The translations under genes were made by a program, and so were the position numbers. The notes beneath the pieces are model-generated. The model searched no databases and was not told the DNA's origin. It saw nothing but the letters and a program-made list of their open reading frames with translations. A stretch of DNA of 53,344 bases from Bacteroidia bacterium (lineage in GTDB: Bacteria; Bacteroidota; Bacteroidia; Flavobacteriales_D; Crocinitomicaceae): positions 1 to 53,344 of the forward strand of contig JAUHXX010000001.1 in NCBI GenBank assembly GCA_030426825.1. Direction: 5' to 3'. How positions within the stretch are numbered: position 1 is the first letter of the stretch; each line of letters starts with the position of its first letter. Below, one piece after another: positions 50,743-53,344 of this stretch.

Positions 50743-51282
50743 TTGAGTAAAAAAGCTTACATAGTATTAATCCTTGTTGTTCTGACGGGCTGGTCAATGA
50801 CCCCCCCTTCAGTGACGCAGATGAAGGACACACGTTCTCCTGTAAAGGCTTTGTACTTGTATAATTTTGCAACCTTAATTGATTGGCCTACGGATTACCG
50901 AAAAGGAGACTTTATTATCGGAGTTTATGGCTCAAAAGAGGGGGTATACGATAATTTAAAAATGAAATTTGAAGGCAAGGCGATTGGTAGCCAAGAGATT
51001 GTTGTGAAGAGCTTTACAAGTTCCTCACAAATTAGCAAGGCACACATCTTGTATGTTACTCCTAAAAACAGTTCTCAAATAAGCTCGCTTAATTCACAGT
51101 TTAAAGGAAAAAGCACATTGCTTGTTACTGAACGAGATGGCAACTTAAGTAAAGGGGCAGCAATAAATTTCGTTGTAAAAGGAACGAGTCAAAAATTTGA
51201 GATAAGTAAATCGAATGCTCAAAAACACAAATTGGTCATTGCTGATAGATTGTTGAATCTTGCAGTGAATGTAGTAGAATGA
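50743..51282 (+). CDS. YfiR (DUF4154) family periplasmic protein
   Basis: VKALYLYNFATLIDWP, HILYV, AINFV..KFEIS..NA....L.I...LLNLA. Confidence 0.9.
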   Translation: MSKKAYIVLILVVLTGWSMTPPSVTQMKDTRSPVKALYLYNFATLIDWPTDYRKGDFIIGVYGSKEGVYDNLKMKFEGKAIGSQEIVVKSFTSSSQISKAHILYVTPKNSSQISSLNSQFKGKSTLLVTERDGNLSKGAAINFVVKGTSQKFEISKSNAQKHKLVIADRLLNLAVNVVE

Positions 51283-52283
51283 AAGTTTTAAAGCACATAT
51301 CGCTAATCGTATTGTTTCTGAGCGCATTTTCAGGCATCAGTCAACAATATACGACCAAGGCTTATGCAAAATATCAAGCACAAGAGTTTGATAGCGCTAA
51401 GTATTGGGTTGATTCTGCTGTGGTATCCAATGAAAAAACCAATTCTCAAACTTGGCAATTAAGAGGCCTTATCTACAGGAAATTAGAGTCTCCAGAAAAT
51501 AAGGGATACAGAGAAATTGCAATTGAATCTTTCCTTGAAGCTCAAAAGGTAGATCCAGAAGGAAATCATAAAGAAAAAATTGATGGCTATCTATACAATA
51601 CAATTATTCGTTACTATAATGACGCGGTAACGCAACTAGGAGAAAAAGACCTTGAGGGGTCAGAAAAGTCATATGTAGCTTACAAAGAAATGTACCTAGC
51701 TCATGTAGACGGAACTAAAGATTTTAAAACCAACGACATTGAGTATTACAATGCGTTAGGAAGTGAATATTTGAAACTCATTGGCACTTTAAGCGGTGAA
51801 GAAAAAACTCAAAAAACAGCCAAAGGTGTTGCCTTTTTTGAACAAGTTCTAAGTTTGGATCCTAACCAGTTCCAGCCAAACTTCAATGTTGGTATTATGT
51901 ACTATAACTCTGGAGCTGATTTAATTATGAATATGGATCCTCTTACGCCTATTGAAGAGATTCCAGTAATTGAAGAAAAAGCTCAAAACAATTTCAAGAA
52001 AGCCTTGCCTTTCTTGCTTGAGGCACATAAAATGCAACCGGAAAGAACAGATGTTATTGAAGCCATTACGGGCTGTTATTACGGGCTTCAAGATGACGAA
52101 AACTACACGAAGTTTCAGAAAATTCTGGACGAAAAAAACTTACCTACTTTATTAGAAAAACATTCGGCGAATCCAAAAAACCGAGCTGTGGTGAGAGAGC
52201 TGGTTAGAATTTATTCTACCACCTTCAAAGATGATGAGAAGTATAAAAAATATGCTGAGATTTTGGACAACCTGGAAGAGTAA
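51279..52283 (+). CDS. Exported TPR protein
   Basis: Signal peptide; helical TPR-like repeats (LSLDPN..FNVGIMYYN, ALPFLLEAH). Confidence 0.85.
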   Translation: MKVLKHISLIVLFLSAFSGISQQYTTKAYAKYQAQEFDSAKYWVDSAVVSNEKTNSQTWQLRGLIYRKLESPENKGYREIAIESFLEAQKVDPEGNHKEKIDGYLYNTIIRYYNDAVTQLGEKDLEGSEKSYVAYKEMYLAHVDGTKDFKTNDIEYYNALGSEYLKLIGTLSGEEKTQKTAKGVAFFEQVLSLDPNQFQPNFNVGIMYYNSGADLIMNMDPLTPIEEIPVIEEKAQNNFKKALPFLLEAHKMQPERTDVIEAITGCYYGLQDDENYTKFQKILDEKNLPTLLEKHSANPKNRAVVRELVRIYSTTFKDDEKYKKYAEILDNLEE

Positions 52284-52292
52284 TCTTCATTA

Positions 52293-53344
52293 ATGGGCTT
52301 TAGATTTACCATAGCAAGAAAAATAGGGACGGGATTTGGCGTCCTTATTCTGTTTATAATAGTTGTATTTGGTGCAACTTTTATTGCAGTTAATAATGGT
52401 ATTTCGACCTTCCAAGAAAACGATAAAACATCAACACAGTTAATTGATGTTATCACCCCATCTAAAGAAAAAGTTACCCGGCTAAAAATACAAGTCAATG
52501 AATCTAAATTATTGGCCATCCAATGGGTAGATCATCAAGGCCGAAACGATACTCCTGATAAAATAAGGTTGAAGACCTTAATGGAGCAAAACATTCCTCA
52601 AACAAGAAATGAAATTCTTGAATTATCTGAAAAATGGTCAGATGAAGAAGACAAAAAATTATTGAATAGGGCCATTGGAAAAATAGACACGCTATTCAAT
52701 TTTTATGAGGAAATTATGTTGTATTTGCCAGACATTGCCAGCTATGACGACCCTTTTAATTCCTTGTCTGCGCGATTTATAATCTCTCAAGATGGAGATG
52801 TTCCGGTAATTGCGGGAAAAATTGATCAAAACTTATTGACCCTTCAAAACAGTCTTGAAAAGAAGGAAGAAGATGCTTTAGCTTTAGTAAAAAACTCAAG
52901 TGAAGAGTCTAAAGAGCGATTTGAGTCACTTACTTTTTATTGGCTCCTAGGTGGTGGTTTAATCATTTTTGCCATTCTAATTGCCGTTTTTACCACCAAC
53001 ACAATTGTAAAGCCAGTTCGTTCTTTAAGAAGTGTTCTACTTTCATTGGGCAAAGGAATTTTTCCTGAAACAAAGATTTTAGTTTCAAATGATGAAATTG
53101 GTGACATGTCTTCTGCCATGATAGAGCTGGTAGATGGCCTAAGAAAAACAACCGACTTTGCCAAAAACGTTGGGCAAAGTAATTTTAATTACCCTTATAC
53201 ACCTTTAAGTGATGAAGACGTTCTAGGACATGCGTTACTTAAAATGAAAGATGAACTTGCGGAGACGGAAAGAATTCTTGAGCAAAAAGTTAAAGAGCGG
53301 ACAGAGGAGGTTGTAAAGCAAAAAGATGAAATCGAATCTCAAAA
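52293..53344 (+). CDS. Membrane sensor (four-helix-bundle-like, double HAMP), 3'-truncated; output domain outside the window
   Basis: Absent from the ORF track. MGFRFTIARKIGTGFGVL, TM2, IVKPVRSL, NDEIGDM, SDEDVLGHALLKM, LEQKVKERTEEVVKQK. Confidence 0.88.
   Translation, partial: MGFRFTIARKIGTGFGVLILFIIVVFGATFIAVNNGISTFQENDKTSTQLIDVITPSKEKVTRLKIQVNESKLLAIQWVDHQGRNDTPDKIRLKTLMEQNIPQTRNEILELSEKWSDEEDKKLLNRAIGKIDTLFNFYEEIMLYLPDIASYDDPFNSLSARFIISQDGDVPVIAGKIDQNLLTLQNSLEKKEEDALALVKNSSEESKERFESLTFYWLLGGGLIIFAILIAVFTTNTIVKPVRSLRSVLLSLGKGIFPETKILVSNDEIGDMSSAMIELVDGLRKTTDFAKNVGQSNFNYPYTPLSDEDVLGHALLKMKDELAETERILEQKVKERTEEVVKQKDEIESQ

Noticed and set aside
52211-53164. Minus-strand ORFs 52211..52519 and 52937..53164
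   Set aside because: Antisense to the HAMP sensor gene starting at 52293.
1-53344. Mobile elements, prophage, defence systems, tRNA/rRNA
   Set aside because: No integrase, transposase, phage, restriction or Cas-like ORFs, and no tRNA or rRNA sequence recognised by eye.

Overview
AT-rich, gene-dense chromosomal window from a Bacteroidota bacterium. The gene content suggests Flavobacteriales, possibly Crocinitomicaceae (inference). It holds housekeeping genes (ricT/PSP1 partial, holB, etfAB, pepT, miaE, rnr, ferritin, Usp, GPx) and a type IX secretion cargo region with four type-B-CTD genes (including a 3017-aa SprB-repeat adhesin, a CotH protein and a cargo-less CTD) plus three porP/sprF-like genes. 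It also has several SpoIIE/PP2C sensor modules, one of them frameshifted. I found no rRNA, tRNA, CRISPR array, transposase or prophage. The most unusual signal is non-coding. A structured minus-strand locus at ~15.05-15.45 kb carries a 25-codon sORF, an 11-nt Shine-Dalgarno-like sequence and a switchable terminator. A promoter- and terminator-bounded ~105-nt sRNA candidate at ~17.45-17.56 kb can form an 18/19-bp duplex with its 3' region. Together they suggest an unannotated sRNA/small-peptide regulatory pair, which remains a hypothesis. All family calls come from motif recognition by eye, not database searches.
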